From an uncultured Alphaproteobacteria bacterium (GTDB lineage Bacteria > Pseudomonadota > Alphaproteobacteria > Geminicoccales > Geminicoccaceae): a stretch of 64,000 bases of DNA. The notes under the pieces are model-generated. The model worked only from the letters and a program-made list of their open reading frames with translations. It was not told where the DNA came from and did no database searches. This document shows positions 1 through 11,051 of this stretch, one piece after another. The DNA is taken from assembly GCA_963787265.1 (NCBI GenBank), contig CAWBCX010000050.1, positions 118,583 to 182,582 of the forward strand, read 5' to 3'. Numbering within the stretch: position 1 is the stretch's first letter; each line of letters begins with the position of its first letter. The position numbers and the translations under genes are program-made.

Positions 1-207
1 TATGACAGCCTGTTCCGCGAGCTGATGACCTACATGATGGAGGAGCCGCGCAACATCCCGATCTGCCTGGATCTGCTCGCGGTCGCCAAGCATCTGGAGC
101 GAATCGGCGACCATGCCTGCAACATCGCCGAGAAGATCCACTACATGGTTCACAGCGAGCGCATCAACCGCATGCCGTTTCCAGGCCAAGCCAGAAAGCC
201 CGGCTAA
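1..207 (+). CDS. phoU: PhoU phosphate-signalling protein, C-terminal part (5' end outside window)
   Basis: ORF 25..207 stays open in the same frame back to base 1. 'HLERIGDHACNIAEKIHYMV' is the conserved PhoU repeat motif. It lies directly upstream of phoB, as in pst-phoU-phoB operons. Confidence 0.85.
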   Translation, partial: YDSLFRELMTYMMEEPRNIPICLDLLAVAKHLERIGDHACNIAEKIHYMVHSERINRMPFPGQARKPG

Positions 208-339
208 CGGTACGAGCACAAAGGGAGATCCGCTTCCGGACAAACTTGACCGTTTGATTCCGAATGATCATTTTTCTTTGTCTTGGGAGTCAAATGCCCT
301 GTTCACACCGCGAGACCTGATGAATCGAGCTGAACAAGC

Positions 340-1069
340 ATGACAGATCGACCGAGCATGCAGCCTTTGGTACTGATCGTGGAAGACGAAGCCCCGCTTC
401 AGGAACTGCTTGCCTACAACCTGCAGCGGGCCGATTTCGATGTCGAGCAGGCGTTCGACGGCGAGCAGGCGATGAGCCTGACGGTTGAGCACGTGCCCGA
501 TCTCATCCTCCTCGACTGGATGCTGCCGCATATTTCCGGGATCGAGCTTTGCCGTCAATTCCGACGTAAAACCGAGACCGCCAACATTCCGATCATCATG
601 CTGACGGCCCGCGCCGCAGGAAGGGGACCGACTGCGTGGTCTGAACACAGGCGCCGACGACTACGTGACCAAGCCGTTCTCGGTGGAGGAACTGATCGCC
701 CGCATGCGCGCGGTGTTGCGCAGGGTCCGCCCGGCTTTCGCCGAAGAACGCCTGAGCTTTGCCGATCTCACCATGGATCTCGCAGCGCACCGGGTCAGAC
801 GCGGCGACGACGAGGTGCATCTCAGCCCGACCGAGTTTCGACTGCTGCGCCAACTCATGGAACGGCCGGGTCGCGTGTTTTCCAGGGATCAGCTGCTCGA
901 TCTGGTCTGGGGCCATGATCAGGATGTCGAACTGCGCACGGTCGATGCCACGATCCGGCGCCTGAGGCGCGCGCTGAATGAAGGGGGGCGGGCTGATCTG
1001 CTCCGTACCGTACGCGCTGCCGGTTATGCGCTCGACCATGTCGATGTCCATGAGCGCACCATGACCTGA
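340..1069 (+). pseudogene. phoB: Phosphate regulon response regulator PhoB (OmpR family), reading frame broken once near 612-620
   Basis: ORF 340..918 gives the receiver domain ('LVLIVEDEAPLQELL...DLILLDWMLPHISGIELC...IPIIMLTAR') and then turns to nonsense. ORF 665..1069 (+1 frame) gives 'TKPFSVEELIARMRAVLRR' plus the winged-helix domain. The missing 'EGDRLRGLNTGADDYV' reads in the second frame from about 621. Confidence 0.85.
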
Positions 1070-1105
1070 TACCGGCCTTGGCTGCCGAAGGCGGCCGTTG
1101 GCGAA

Positions 1106-1234
1106 CTAGAGCGTTTCCTTACCAGACGACGTCGGCTCCGGCCCGCACCCCCTCCCGACCACCGACAGGGTATTCTCGCATTGGGTGGTCGGGAGGGGGT
1201 GCGGGCCGGAGCCGAATGATCGGAAACTGCGCTA
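1106..1234. repeat. Palindromic intergenic repeat, copy 1 (REP/RIME-like)
   Basis: Perfect 30-bp GC-rich arms at 1134..1163 and 1184..1213 around a 20-nt loop, flanked by 'ctagagcgtttcc' and 'ggaaactgcgcta'. A second copy lies inverted at 8325..8458. It sits between the convergent phoB and TPR genes. Confidence 0.8.
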
Positions 1235-2489
1235 ATGAAGACCGGCGCGTTCCAATCCTTCGATGATACGAGCACGTATGGCGGGGTCCCGATGCGGCAG
1301 AACGGTTCGCCAATGGGCGAGTGAGAAGTTCGGATGCGCTTTCATCGCCAGTTCGGCATGATGGGCCGATTGATCGGGCATGCCCAAACGAGCATAGCTT
1401 GCCGCCAGCAATCGGTGCCCCTCATGGTTGTCGCCGCTCTTCGACAACAGGCTTACAACCATTTCGTCTTCGCCCAGAATGTTGAAGGCGCATGCCAAAT
1501 AGTAGCGGTACATAGCGGCCCGGTCCGGGCGAAGATGGATGGCCATGCCAAGCAATTCAATAGCCTGTTCTGCCTCCCCGTCACTGATCAGGAAATGACT
1601 GAAGTCGGCCAGAATATCCGGATCGTTTGGATTGATGTCGAGGGCACGCCGGTAGGCGGCGTGAGCTTTCTCGTAGTTCCGTTGAATATGGCCGTTCATC
1701 CCTATTTCAGCATGACCCCAGGCCTCCAGCGGATCGAGCTGAATGGCACGTTCGGCAAACTCGACAGCGCGCTCGATCGATCTCTTGGGATCCGATGTCC
1801 AGGCATAGCGGCCATCGAGGTGGTGGGTTCGTGACAAAACCGCATGCCCGCGTGCCGACATGGGATCGAGTTCGACAGGCCTTCAACGCGAGTTGCCTCG
1901 CCCGCTCATTGGCCCGCTGCTGAAACTGCCTGGTGAGATGCTCGGCCATCAAGGTCAAGGGTGTTGCGCTTTCGAACCCGTCATCGGTGTCGTCATGCTG
2001 GTCCAAGCGCGAACGTTCCAGGGCGTCGATCGAGACCGCAAGACCGGTCGCCATCTCCTTGGCGAGATCGTCCTCGACATCCGCCGCCCGATCCCTGCCC
2101 ATCCGATAATGCGAGACCCAAAGCTGCTTGCCGGAGGCGCTGTCGATCAGACGCACCATCGCGTGGAAATTGTCAGTCGTCCATAGAACCGAACCCGTCG
2201 CAAGATAGCGTGTGCGGAGGGCTTGTCCGACGGCGTCCAACGTCGCGTGCCTTTGATGCATCATGTCGCTGGCGCGTCGTCCGGCCAGGGACAGATATCG
2301 AAATCGACTGAGATGATGGGCGACGTCGTCGATAAGCCAGCGCCCGCTCTGCCTTCGCCGACTTTCCTCATCCTGATCGGCAAAGGCCAACAGAGCGATA
2401 GAGGGGTGGTGTGACGTGCGCTTGATGTTTTCAATCAAGAATTGATGATGTTCGTAGAGATTCAATTTCAACATTTTACTTTGCATCAA
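1232..2489 (-). pseudogene. TPR-repeat protein with a TolB-N-like N-terminal module; one frame break near 1877
   Basis: ORF 1707..2489 ('SIALLAFADQDEE...RYLATGSVLWTTDNFHAMVRLIDSASGKQLW') and ORF 1232..1861 (TPR-like 'AIQLDPLEAWGHAEIG...YRRALDINPNDPD') join as '...RQLALKA|VELDPMSARGHAVL' if one base is removed at about 1877. Confidence 0.6.
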
Positions 2490-2654
2490 TGCTCAACTCA
2501 CAATGGGAACCGATAAAATGACGAGAAAGCGTCATCTCATAATCGCCTAGTATCATGCTGTTGCTAGCATTTTGGCAAGAGACGAATGCTGTCGGCCTAT
2601 CAATCTGCCGGAAGAACACGCCCATGCTGCAGTGAACAGCGCTGTCGTCGCCGT

Positions 2655-4365
2655 CTATCGAATGAAAATGGAAGGCGCACTCAGTGTTCCGGGGTCGATC
2701 ACCCCGATCCAGTCCGAAAGCGTCTGCATGGTAATCAGCGGGTTCTTCAAGAGATCGAGCGCTGCTTCCCAGGCCGACTTCGGTGCCGGGAAGCGACGAA
2801 TGACGATCGGATCATCAGCATCTGCGCCGATCTCGGCCCTGGCAAGATCCACCGCCTTGGCAAAGCCGCCGAGTTCGTCGACCAGACCGAGCTCCTTCGC
2901 CTGGGCCCCGGTCCAGACACGTCCCTCGGCGATCTGATGGACATCGTCCTGTTCCAGACCGCGGCCGCGCGCAACGCCTGCCGTGAAGGCATTGTAGGTT
3001 TCATCGAGAAAGGCATCCAGGCGCGCGCGGCCAAGGCTGTTGAAGTCGCTATTGACGCTCCACATCGAAGCATTGGCGCCGCGGCCGACCGTGCCCCAAT
3101 TGACCCCGAGCTTGGTCCAGAGTTCGTCCAGGACGGGTTTGCCGGCGAGAACGCCGATCGATCCGGTCAGCGTGCCAGGGTCGGCAACGATGGTGGTGGC
3201 ATCCATGGCAATCCAATAGCCGCCGGAAGCCGCCACATTACCCATCGAGACGATGACCGGCTTTTTCATGTCGATCGCCCGTCGGATCTCACGGGCAATC
3301 GTTTCGGAGGCGACCGCCGAGCCGCCACCGGAGTCTGATCCTGAAGAGAATAGCGCGCACCTGTTCGTCTTTGACGGCGTCTGCAATGGCCATCGCGACG
3401 GTGTCGGATCCCATGACCAGACCGCTTGGCCCGTCATTGCTATCACCCTGCTGGATCTGGCCAACACCTTCGACCAGCGCAATCACCTCATCGGACGTCT
3501 CATCGGCAGGCACGATATCGGCGAAAACGTCGTGACCAATCAGCTGGGCATCGGATCCAGCCTTGTCCTTGGCGCGTTGGACGATCTGATCCCAATAGCT
3601 CAACCGGTCGACCAACCCATTGTGAAATGCCTCATTGGCACCGTAAGGACCACCATCGATCAGCCGATCAACCGCCTCCAGTCCGAGGTGCCGACCCTCG
3701 GCGATACCGGCGCGAATTTGTTCGTCAAGCGAGGTTGCGAGCCATTCCAGGCTTTGTTGGTGTTCTCGGGTCAGGGACTTTTCGGTGAACATGTTGGCCG
3801 CAGTCTTGTACGGCCCTCGCTTGTCGCCGCTCGGCGTCACACCCACCTGCTTGAACAAGCCCTGCAGCAGCGGCGTCTCCAAATAGAGCCCGGTCAGACC
3901 GACGGCACCGAGCGGTTGCAGATGAATTTCGTCGAACGCTGTGGCGAGATAATAGCCGATCGTGCCCGGCCCGAACTCACCGAAGCTGGTGGAATAGGCA
4001 AAGGCAAACTTGCCATTCGACCGAAAACGCGTAATCGCCTCTCGGATCTCCTGCGTTTGGGCAAAGCCAGGGCCGGCGCCGTCGATACGCGCGATCAGCC
4101 CGGCAATATCGGGACGGCGACCAGCACGATCGATGGCAAGCACGGTTTCGGCCAAGGTGAGGCCGGGCGTCAGATCCAGCGCCGTCAGCGATCCTCGGTT
4201 TGTTGTTTCATCCAGGCCGTCGCGCAGATCCATCGTCAGGATCATGCGCTCGGGCAGATCATCATCACCGGGCAGCAAGACCCAAAGCAGAACACCGACA
4301 GCTACAGTAAAAAGCAGGGTGACGAACCCCAACGACGCCAGGATGCCGACGACAATCCGCTTCAT
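2655..4365 (-). pseudogene. sppA: Signal peptide peptidase SppA (67K type), one frame break near 3335-3340
   Basis: ORFs 3289..4431 and 2655..3482 together give a two-domain SppA ('KDEQVRAILFRI|DSGGGSAVASETIAREI...SMGNVAASGGYW'). The likely start, '[18 protein letters not shown]' at 4365, overlaps the rlmN stop (TGATG). Confidence 0.8.
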
Positions 4366-5510
4366 CAGGCGTTGACGAGTGCCGGGCGGCGTTGACGCTG
4401 ACGCTCGCTGGCTGTTTTGAGCTGGCCGCAAGCGGCGAGGATGTCACGGCCACGGGGCGTGCGGACCGGGGACGGGTAGCCTGCCTTGGCCACAATCCGG
4501 GCAAAGGCTTCGATGCGATCGCGTTTGGAACATTGATAGCCGCTGCCGGGCCAGGGATTGAAGGGGATGAGATTGACCTTGGCCGGCAGACCCTTGAGCA
4601 GGCGAACCAGATCCCTCGCCTCGGCATCGCTGTCATTCACGCCGTCCAGCATGACATATTCGAAGGTCACCCAACGATCCCCCGAGGGATAGGCGCGGCA
4701 GGCCTCCAGAAGGCTGGCGATGTTCCATTTCTTGTTGATCGGCACCAGAACATCTCGAAGGTCGTCTCTGACCGCATGCAGCGATATCGCAAGGTTGACC
4801 CCGAGTTCCCGGCCGCATTGCTCGATTTTCGGCACGATACCAGATGTCGAAAGCGTGATCTTGCGCTTCGGAAAAGCGAGGCCGTTGGGATCCATTGCGA
4901 TCGAGAGGGCCTGTTTGATGTTCTCGTAGTTCAAGAGCGGCTCGCCCATGCCCATAAGCACGATGTGGCTGAGCTTGCGCTGGCCCTTCGGTGTCGGCCA
5001 TTCGTCCAGGCGATCGCGGGCCACCATGATCTGGGTCAGCATCTCCTCCGGCTTGAGATTGCGCACCAAAGGCATCGTACCGGTGTGACAGAACGTGCAG
5101 GCCAGCGAACATCCCACCTGGCTAGAAATGCAGAGGGCCCCACGCTCGACATCGGGAATGTAGACGGTCTCGACGTCCTGATCGTCACGGAACTTGAGAA
5201 GCCATTTGATGGTGCCGTCGGTTGAGCGCTGCTCGCTGATGATCGTCGGACGATCGATGAGGCAGTTTGCTTTGAGCCAGTCACGCAGCCCCGAGGGAAG
5301 GGTCGTCATATCATCGAACGCCTTAACACCTCGATGATAGAGCCAATGATGGATCTGCCGCGCACGCATGCCGGCCTTGCCTTGATCTTCATCGGAAGAG
5401 GCAAGGGCCGCTTCAAGCTCAGCCGGGGTCGAGCCGACCAAAGAAAAAAGTGATGGCGATCGGGAAATAGCGGGCTCGTCCACGGCCGTCACCATCATGG
5501 TATCGACCAA
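4365..5510 (-). CDS. rlmN: 23S rRNA/tRNA adenine-C2 methyltransferase RlmN (radical SAM)
   Basis: 381-aa ORF with the radical-SAM '[11 protein letters not shown]' cluster motif, 'MGMGEPLLN' and the C-terminal '[11 protein letters not shown]'. The exact start among the N-terminal Met codons is uncertain. Confidence 0.9.
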   Translation of the reverse strand: MVDTMMVTAVDEPAISRSPSLFSLVGSTPAELEAALASSDEDQGKAGMRARQIHHWLYHRGVKAFDDMTTLPSGLRDWLKANCLIDRPTIISEQRSTDGTIKWLLKFRDDQDVETVYIPDVERGALCISSQVGCSLACTFCHTGTMPLVRNLKPEEMLTQIMVARDRLDEWPTPKGQRKLSHIVLMGMGEPLLNYENIKQALSIAMDPNGLAFPKRKITLSTSGIVPKIEQCGRELGVNLAISLHAVRDDLRDVLVPINKKWNIASLLEACRAYPSGDRWVTFEYVMLDGVNDSDAEARDLVRLLKGLPAKVNLIPFNPWPGSGYQCSKRDRIEAFARIVAKAGYPSPVRTPRGRDILAACGQLKTASERQRQRRPALVNA

Positions 5511-6046
5511 TCAGCCGGAACAGGCCGCGACCATGGCGTTGTACGCTTTGGTGAAGCCAAGGAGCGAATAGGTATCTTTCGAGGATGTTCTCTTGCTCGA
5601 TTCGCCTTCCACGATCATGGCTTCTCCTTGACGCATGGCGTCGATCAAGGCGCGGTCTTCGTCGTCATTCTTCGTCCAGGCATGAGGCCCTCCACGCGTG
5701 AACAACGTGAAGACCTTCCCGCCGACAGACACCGAAACATTGCTGCCTTCAAGGTAATTGTAGCCGGGCTGGACACTGACTTCATCGGTCACCGCCGGCA
5801 CTGGCCGCCTGGCAACGAGCACCGCGGGCTTGCCGCGTCTGCGTGTAGTCGCCGGTCTGTTTCTTCGGCTCGCTGACAATGAAGCAGATCTTCTGTCCGT
5901 CTTCATTGACTTCCCAGACGTTCCAGTCGGTATAGCTGCCAAGCGAATAGGGCGTCTGCGCCGAAGCCACAGCGGCAGAAGCATGAACGCCGCAACGAAG
6001 AGACAGGGCGCGTGGAGAGAGGGACAGGAAAGCTTTTCGTCGTCAT
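5511..6046 (-). pseudogene. Invasion-associated locus B (IalB)-family periplasmic protein, two frame breaks (about 5833-5838 and 6028)
   Basis: ORF 5782..5970 ('AQTPYSLGSYTDWNVWEVNEDGQKICFIVSEPKK') and ORF 5511..5984 ('GKPAVLVARRPVPAVTDEVSVQPGYNY...TYSLLGFTKAYNAMVAACSG') join into one IalB-like protein. The signal peptide 'FLSLSPRALSLRCGVHASAAVASAQ' is out of frame with the only upstream ATGs. Confidence 0.65.
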
Positions 6047-6199
6047 GTTGATCATCGATTGGTGCTGTCCAACTCGCCTGTTATGTCGACAAATTTATCG
6101 AGAATTGCAAGCATTCGATCGCATCGACGCGACCTTTGCTGCAAACCTGGATTGTTTTCTACGGCTTGCTACAGGTAAGAGCCAAGCATAAATTGTGGT

Positions 6200-6858
6200 A
6201 TGGATCATAGTCTGCCCGCTACCGTCGACCCGGTCGATCATGTGGCGCTCATGGACGCGATCGTCAAGGATCGAAGTCGATCGGCGTTCGCAGAGCTGTT
6301 CGACGCCTTTGCGCCGAGATTGAAGGCCTATTATCGTAAGGGAGGGCTCGAAGGGGCGCTCGCCGAAGACCTCGTCCAGGAGGTCATGCTCACGGTTTGG
6401 CGCCTTGCGGATAAGTATCGATCGGAGCTGGGCAGTCCGTCGACCTGGATCTTCACCATTGCCCGAAATCGTCTCATCGACCATGTCAGGCGCGAGCGAG
6501 CGCGACAAGGTGATCTGACCGACCCGACGATGCAGCCCGAACCGATCCGACCTCCGATGATCTAATTGACCAGCAGCAACGTTATAGATCCTTGAAGGCC
6601 GCTGTTGAAGCGCTTCCGAAAGAACAGGCGGATATGTTGAAGATGGCGTTTTTCGAGCATAAGGCCGCATAGCGTTATCGCTCCGAATGCGGCCTGCCGC
6701 TGGGCACGGTGAAGTCGCGCATTCGTCTGGCGATGAAACGACTGCGCGACAACCTTGCCGATCCCTTTGAGGCCGATCAGTTGGAGAGGAGTCATGAACA
6801 ACGCATCACCGGCTGTGCCCGAGGAATTGCTGCTGGACTATGCCACCGGGGCCTGTAG
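6200..6858 (+). pseudogene. ECF (sigma-70 family) RNA polymerase sigma factor, at least 3 frame breaks (about 6556, 6667, 6681)
   Basis: ORF 6200..6565 carries region 2 ('DLVQEVMLTVWRLADKY...STWIFTIARNRLIDHVRRE'). Region 4 ('LPKEQADMLKMAFFEHK', 'ECGLPLGTVKSRIRLAMKRLR') is split over two other frames. The 3' end is uncertain. Confidence 0.7.
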
Positions 6859-7506
6859 CGCTGCGATGGACCTTCTCGATGGCGACCCATCTCTCGATGT
6901 CCGAGGATAGCCGCGAGCTTTCCCGCATGCTCGATGGTGTCGGCGGTGTTCTCCTTGAAACATTCGAACATCGACCTCTGGAACGCATTACGGCGCTGTC
7001 GGTTCTCGAAGAAGCGGAACGCGACTCTGGCCCTGACCCCGCGATGCGTTCGGAGGAGGGAAAGCCTGGATCTGCCTCCTATGCCCATGGATCATCTTGG
7101 TCGCCCGCCAAATTTGCAGGCGACACGCCTCCCTTGCCGCTTCAGGCTTATGCGTCGGATTTTTCAAGCGATGACGATTGGCGGCGTTTGGGTACAAGTG
7201 TGGCGGCTGTCAGACTGTCAGCATCGGACATGAAAGAGCGGGCTCATCTGCTTTGGGCCAAGCCCGGGTGCCGAGATTGCGCGCCATCGTCATATCGGGC
7301 GCGAGGTCGTGTCTGGTGTTGAAGGGAGCTTTTTGGGACCAGGGGGTGCGTTATGGGCCGGGCGACATTGCCGTCGGCGAAGACGGCACGGTGCACGCCC
7401 CCACAATCGACGAGAGATCGAATGCGTCTGCCTCGCCGTCACCGAGGCACCGGTCCAGTTCGTTGGCGCGTTTGGCTGGGCGCTCAATCGCTTCTGCCGT
7501 TTCTAG
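6794..7506 (+). pseudogene. ChrR-type anti-sigma factor (zinc-binding N-terminal domain plus cupin), about 4 frame breaks (about 6878, 7268, 7310, 7418)
   Basis: Stitching four frames gives 'MNNASPAVPEELLLDYATGA..MATHLSMSEDSRELSRMLDGVGG...HLLWAKPG|AEIARHRHIGREVV|LVLKGAFWDQGVRYGPGDIAV...|ECVCLAVTEAPVQFVGAFGWALNRF'. From memory this parallels Rhodobacter ChrR. The ATG at 6794 has a GGAGAGGAG RBS. Confidence 0.65.
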
Positions 7507-7567
7507 GCTTGCCTGCCTAACGATCCGGTTGCCGCCTGATGCCCGAGTCTCACCTGATGCCCAAGTC

Positions 7568-7855
7568 TCAAATGCCGTCGACAATCGCCGCGGTACCTTT
7601 GGCCGCGTTCAGGCGCAGCGGCAGTATTTCTTGATATTCCGGCGAAGTATACCAGGTATGGGCGGCGTTTCGGTCGGCAAATTCGATAATCACCACACGG
7701 GGTGCCGACAGCTCCCCTTCCAAAGGCGTGACCTCACCACCGCGAACGAGATAGCGTCCACCATATTGATCGATGGTCGCTGGAACTTTCTCCCGGTAGC
7801 GCTGAAAGCCCTCGGGATCGTGGATGTCGAGCTCTGCCAGAATATAGGCTGCCAT
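7568..7855 (-). CDS. DUF1330 domain protein
   Basis: ORF 7568..7918. The internal start 'MAAYILAELDIHDPEGFQRYREK...' follows a GAGGAGAA RBS. Its size (about 95 aa) and sequence are typical of DUF1330. Confidence 0.75.
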   Translation of the reverse strand: MAAYILAELDIHDPEGFQRYREKVPATIDQYGGRYLVRGGEVTPLEGELSAPRVVIIEFADRNAAHTWYTSPEYQEILPLRLNAAKGTAAIVDGI

Positions 7856-7935
7856 GTGGTTTTCTCCTCGATTAGAACCTATGCTCATCGCCAAGACGAA
7901 CTTATGGACATCCGGCACTGGATGTCACCATTTTC

Positions 7936-8328
7936 ATGGAGATTGGTTTGATGGCCAAAACGGCGGGTGAGCTGGTGAGCGAGGCGAATGCCGGGCTGGA
8001 CAAGATTAACGTCGAGGGTGCCAAGGCCCTTCTCGGCCGTGACGACGTGGTCTTCGTCGATGTGCGGGAGAGCAATGAAGTCGCTCAGGGTAAAATCCCG
8101 GGTGCCGTGCATGTACCGCGCGGATTGCTGGAGTTCATCGCCGACCCTGGGAGCCCAATGCATAACAGCGCCCTGTCTTCCGGCAAACAGCTTGTGGTTT
8201 ATTGCGGCACCGGCGGCCGCTCGGCCCTTGCCGGCAAGACACTCAAGGATATGGGTGCTGCCAAGGTGACCAACATGCTGGGCGGGATCGCTGCCTGGCG
8301 CGAGGCAGGTCTCGATATCGAGAGCTAG
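7936..8328 (+). CDS. Rhodanese-like sulfurtransferase domain protein
   Basis: 130-aa ORF with the active-site loop 'VVYCGTGGRSALAG' (C-X5-R). The start could instead be Met6 at 7951. Confidence 0.8.
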   Translation: MEIGLMAKTAGELVSEANAGLDKINVEGAKALLGRDDVVFVDVRESNEVAQGKIPGAVHVPRGLLEFIADPGSPMHNSALSSGKQLVVYCGTGGRSALAGKTLKDMGAAKVTNMLGGIAAWREAGLDIES

Positions 8329-8458
8329 AGCAGTTTCCGATCATACGGCTCCAGCCCGCCGCCCCCTCCCGACCACCCAATGCGAGGGTAACCTGTGGGG
8401 TAGTCGGGAGGGGGGCGGCGGGCTGGAGCCAACTTCGTTGGGTCAGATAACGCTCTAG
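8325..8458. repeat. Palindromic intergenic repeat, copy 2 (inverted relative to copy 1)
   Basis: Arms at 8348..8377 and 8401..8430 pair with one mismatch and one bulge. Termini are 'ctagagcagtttccgatcat' and 'gataacgctctag'. The loop is the reverse complement of the copy-1 loop. It lies between the convergent rhodanese and lipoprotein genes. Confidence 0.8.
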
Positions 8459-8560
8459 TCTCTCGGCCACAGCGAAGGTTCCCTTGGAAACATCCGTTAC
8501 CCACTGAAGGTCGACGTTCTTTCTTCAAGGGTGGATCAATCAACTGCCATGGTCATGCCA

Positions 8561-9030
8561 CTACAACTCGGGAACCATGATCAGGCTGTTCATGGAACCA
8601 TTGTCGTTGAAGAGGTTGTATTGACCGTCACCGACCTTGTAGACAGTCATGCAGTTTTCTTCGCCGTCCATCAGGGTTTGCCAGGTCACGCAATTGGTAT
8701 TGCCGTCGATCTTCCAGGACCCGGTATCGCTGCCGCGCCCGGATGGTCCTTCCCAATCGATATCGGCAGTTCCGGCGGCATCGAAACTGGCCTTCCACTT
8801 GCGGCCATCAGGCGAAAGGCCATCGATTTCCCGGCCTGAGAACAGGGTTGCAAGCCTTGAACCATCGAGCTGACTGATCTGGCTGTCATGCGCGGGTTGC
8901 GCCTTTTGATTCTGCACGCTCGTGGTGGTGGTGGCGGCAATTTCCGGCGGTTCGTCGGATCCACCGCATGCCGTCAGAAGAGCTGACAAGGCAAGGGTCG
9001 CAACCGGCCAGGGCCTAATGTTTCGAACAT
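8561..9030 (-). CDS. Hypothetical lipoprotein (lipobox 'LLTAC'); the N-terminus may contain a frame break
   Basis: ORF 8561..8989. In-frame upstream sequence reads 'RPWPVATLALSALLTACGG' but has no start codon. The only RBS-preceded ATG (9030, 'MFETL') is in another frame. Confidence 0.45.
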
Positions 9031-9410
9031 GATGGCATTTCCTCTTCCTGCTTGATTGAAAAGCTCGTCCGAATGCTGCGCGATGCCGGGCCGGCCATGG
9101 TGCTCATCGAGGTCAACGCGACGAAAATCACAGCAGAATTCGGGAGCTTACCCTTACTTCGCCCTGAAACTTTCTTAGCAACGACCGCACAACCAAGCTA
9201 GTGGAACGTCCACCACACTTGATACCCTGGTGGTGACACGCAAAAGACCTCGCAACCTATCGGTTGTCATTGGTCCTCTCATCGAAGGCATTCGGAATGA
9301 AATGTCGTCGACATTCCACCAAAGCCCGGCCGGACCGAACGGCATGACATGATCTGATGCTGTTAACGCTGCCATGCCCGGATTTCATCCCGATGCTTTC
9401 AGGTTACGGA

Positions 9411-11051
9411 TCAATCGGTCGGGAACTGGTAGTCTTGAAATTGATCGCGCAGGGTCGTCTTTTGCAGTTTTCCTGTGGCCGTGTGGGGCAGCTCATCGAC
9501 GAAGACGACGTCATTCGGGAGCCACCACTTGGCAACCTTGTCCTTCAGGAATTCGAGGATATCGGCAGGCTCGACCTCCTGGCCCTCGCATTTCACGATA
9601 ATCAGAAGAGGACGTTCATCCCATTTCGGGTGGGCGATGCCGATCACGGCCGCCTCGGCGACGGCCGGATGACCGACCGCGACATTCTCCAGATCGATCG
9701 AGCTGATCCACTCACCACCTGATTTGATGACATCCTTGGCGCGATCGGTGATCTGCAAAAATCCATCGCCATCGATGGTCGCGATGTCGCCTGTGGAAAA
9801 CCAGCCTTCTCGGTCAAAGACCTCCTGATTGGCCTCGTCGTCGTTGAAATAGCCCGATGTGATCCAAGGCCCGCGCACCATCAAAATGCCGGCAGCCTTG
9901 CCATCGTGAGCGAGAGGTTGACCCTGGCCGTCGATGATCTTGACATCGACTCCCCAAAGCGGTCGGCCCTGCTTGAGCTTAAGTTGCTGGCGCTCGGCTT
10001 TGGTGAGATGGGCATGGGCCGATCCGAGCTTATTGATGGCCCCAACCGGGCTCATCTCGGTCATCCCCCAACCATGCAGCACCTCGACGTCATGGTCGTT
10101 CTCGAAGCCTTCGATCATGGAAAGAGGCGCAGCCGAGCCGCCGATGATCACCTTTTGAAGAGCGTTCAGCTTCAGACCTTCTTGGGCACAATGGGCAAGC
10201 AGGCCTGCCCAGATCGTCGGCACGCCCGCAGACAGCGTGACCTTTTCCCGATCCATCAGGCGGTAGAGGCTGGCCCCATCCAGACGGGGACCCGGCATCA
10301 CCATCTTGGCGCCGGTCATCGGGCAGGCATAAGGGGTTCCCCAGGCATTGACGTGAAACATCGGCACCACGGGCAGCAAGGTCTCATCGGCGCTCAAGCC
10401 CAAGGCATTGGGCAAGGCGATGGCCAGGCTGTGCAGGACGGTCGAGCGGTGATGATAGAGGACGCCTTTGGGATGCCCGGTGGTGCCCGAGGTATAGCAA
10501 AGACTGGAGGCCGTGGCTTCATCGAAGCTCGGCCAGACGAAGTCGTCCGAGTGCTCGGCGATGATGGCTTCATAAGCCGAAAGATTGCCGCCGACCGGAA
10601 CCGGCATCGCATCTGGCGACGTCATGATGACGACATGTTCGAGCTTCGGCATCTTGGGCAAGAGCGTCTCGACCAGGGGCCAGAACATCGGGTCGGTGAA
10701 CAGCAAACGATCTTCGGCATGGTTCATGATATAGACGATCTGATCGGCGAACAGACGGGGATTGATGGTGTGGCAGACAGCCCCCATACCCGAGACGCCG
10801 AAATAAATTTCGAGGTGACGATAGTCATTCCAGGCAAGCGTTGCCACGCGATCGCCCGGCTTGATGCCGAAACGTGAGCTCAGCGCGTTCGCCAATTGCT
10901 TGGCGCGGCGACTGATCTCCTGGTAATTGGTGCGATGGGACGGGTCGTCGGCGGTCACCGAAACGACCTCGCGGCGACCGTAGTAATCGGCGGCATGGTC
11001 CAGCAACGACGAGATCAGCAGCGGCCGTTCCATCATCATGCCCTGCATCAT
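9411..11051 (-). CDS. AMP-dependent acyl-CoA synthetase (long/medium-chain fatty acid-CoA ligase family)
   Basis: 559-aa ORF with the AMP-binding motif '[14 protein letters not shown]', 'GWGMTE', 'WFSTGD' and '[15 protein letters not shown]'. A GGGAGG RBS precedes the ATGATG at 11051/11048. Confidence 0.85.
   Translation of the reverse strand: MMQGMMMERPLLISSLLDHAADYYGRREVVSVTADDPSHRTNYQEISRRAKQLANALSSRFGIKPGDRVATLAWNDYRHLEIYFGVSGMGAVCHTINPRLFADQIVYIMNHAEDRLLFTDPMFWPLVETLLPKMPKLEHVVIMTSPDAMPVPVGGNLSAYEAIIAEHSDDFVWPSFDEATASSLCYTSGTTGHPKGVLYHHRSTVLHSLAIALPNALGLSADETLLPVVPMFHVNAWGTPYACPMTGAKMVMPGPRLDGASLYRLMDREKVTLSAGVPTIWAGLLAHCAQEGLKLNALQKVIIGGSAAPLSMIEGFENDHDVEVLHGWGMTEMSPVGAINKLGSAHAHLTKAERQQLKLKQGRPLWGVDVKIIDGQGQPLAHDGKAAGILMVRGPWITSGYFNDDEANQEVFDREGWFSTGDIATIDGDGFLQITDRAKDVIKSGGEWISSIDLENVAVGHPAVAEAAVIGIAHPKWDERPLLIIVKCEGQEVEPADILEFLKDKVAKWWLPNDVVFVDELPHTATGKLQKTTLRDQFQDYQFPTD

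Noticed and set aside
208-339. A Pho box upstream of phoB
   Set aside because: I looked for tandem CTGTCAT-like direct repeats with 11-bp spacing and found nothing convincing by eye.
9175-9375. A 66-aa minus-strand ORF in the gap before the acyl-CoA synthetase gene
   Set aside because: It has no RBS or recognisable motif. It lies in a region that looks like decayed or non-coding sequence.
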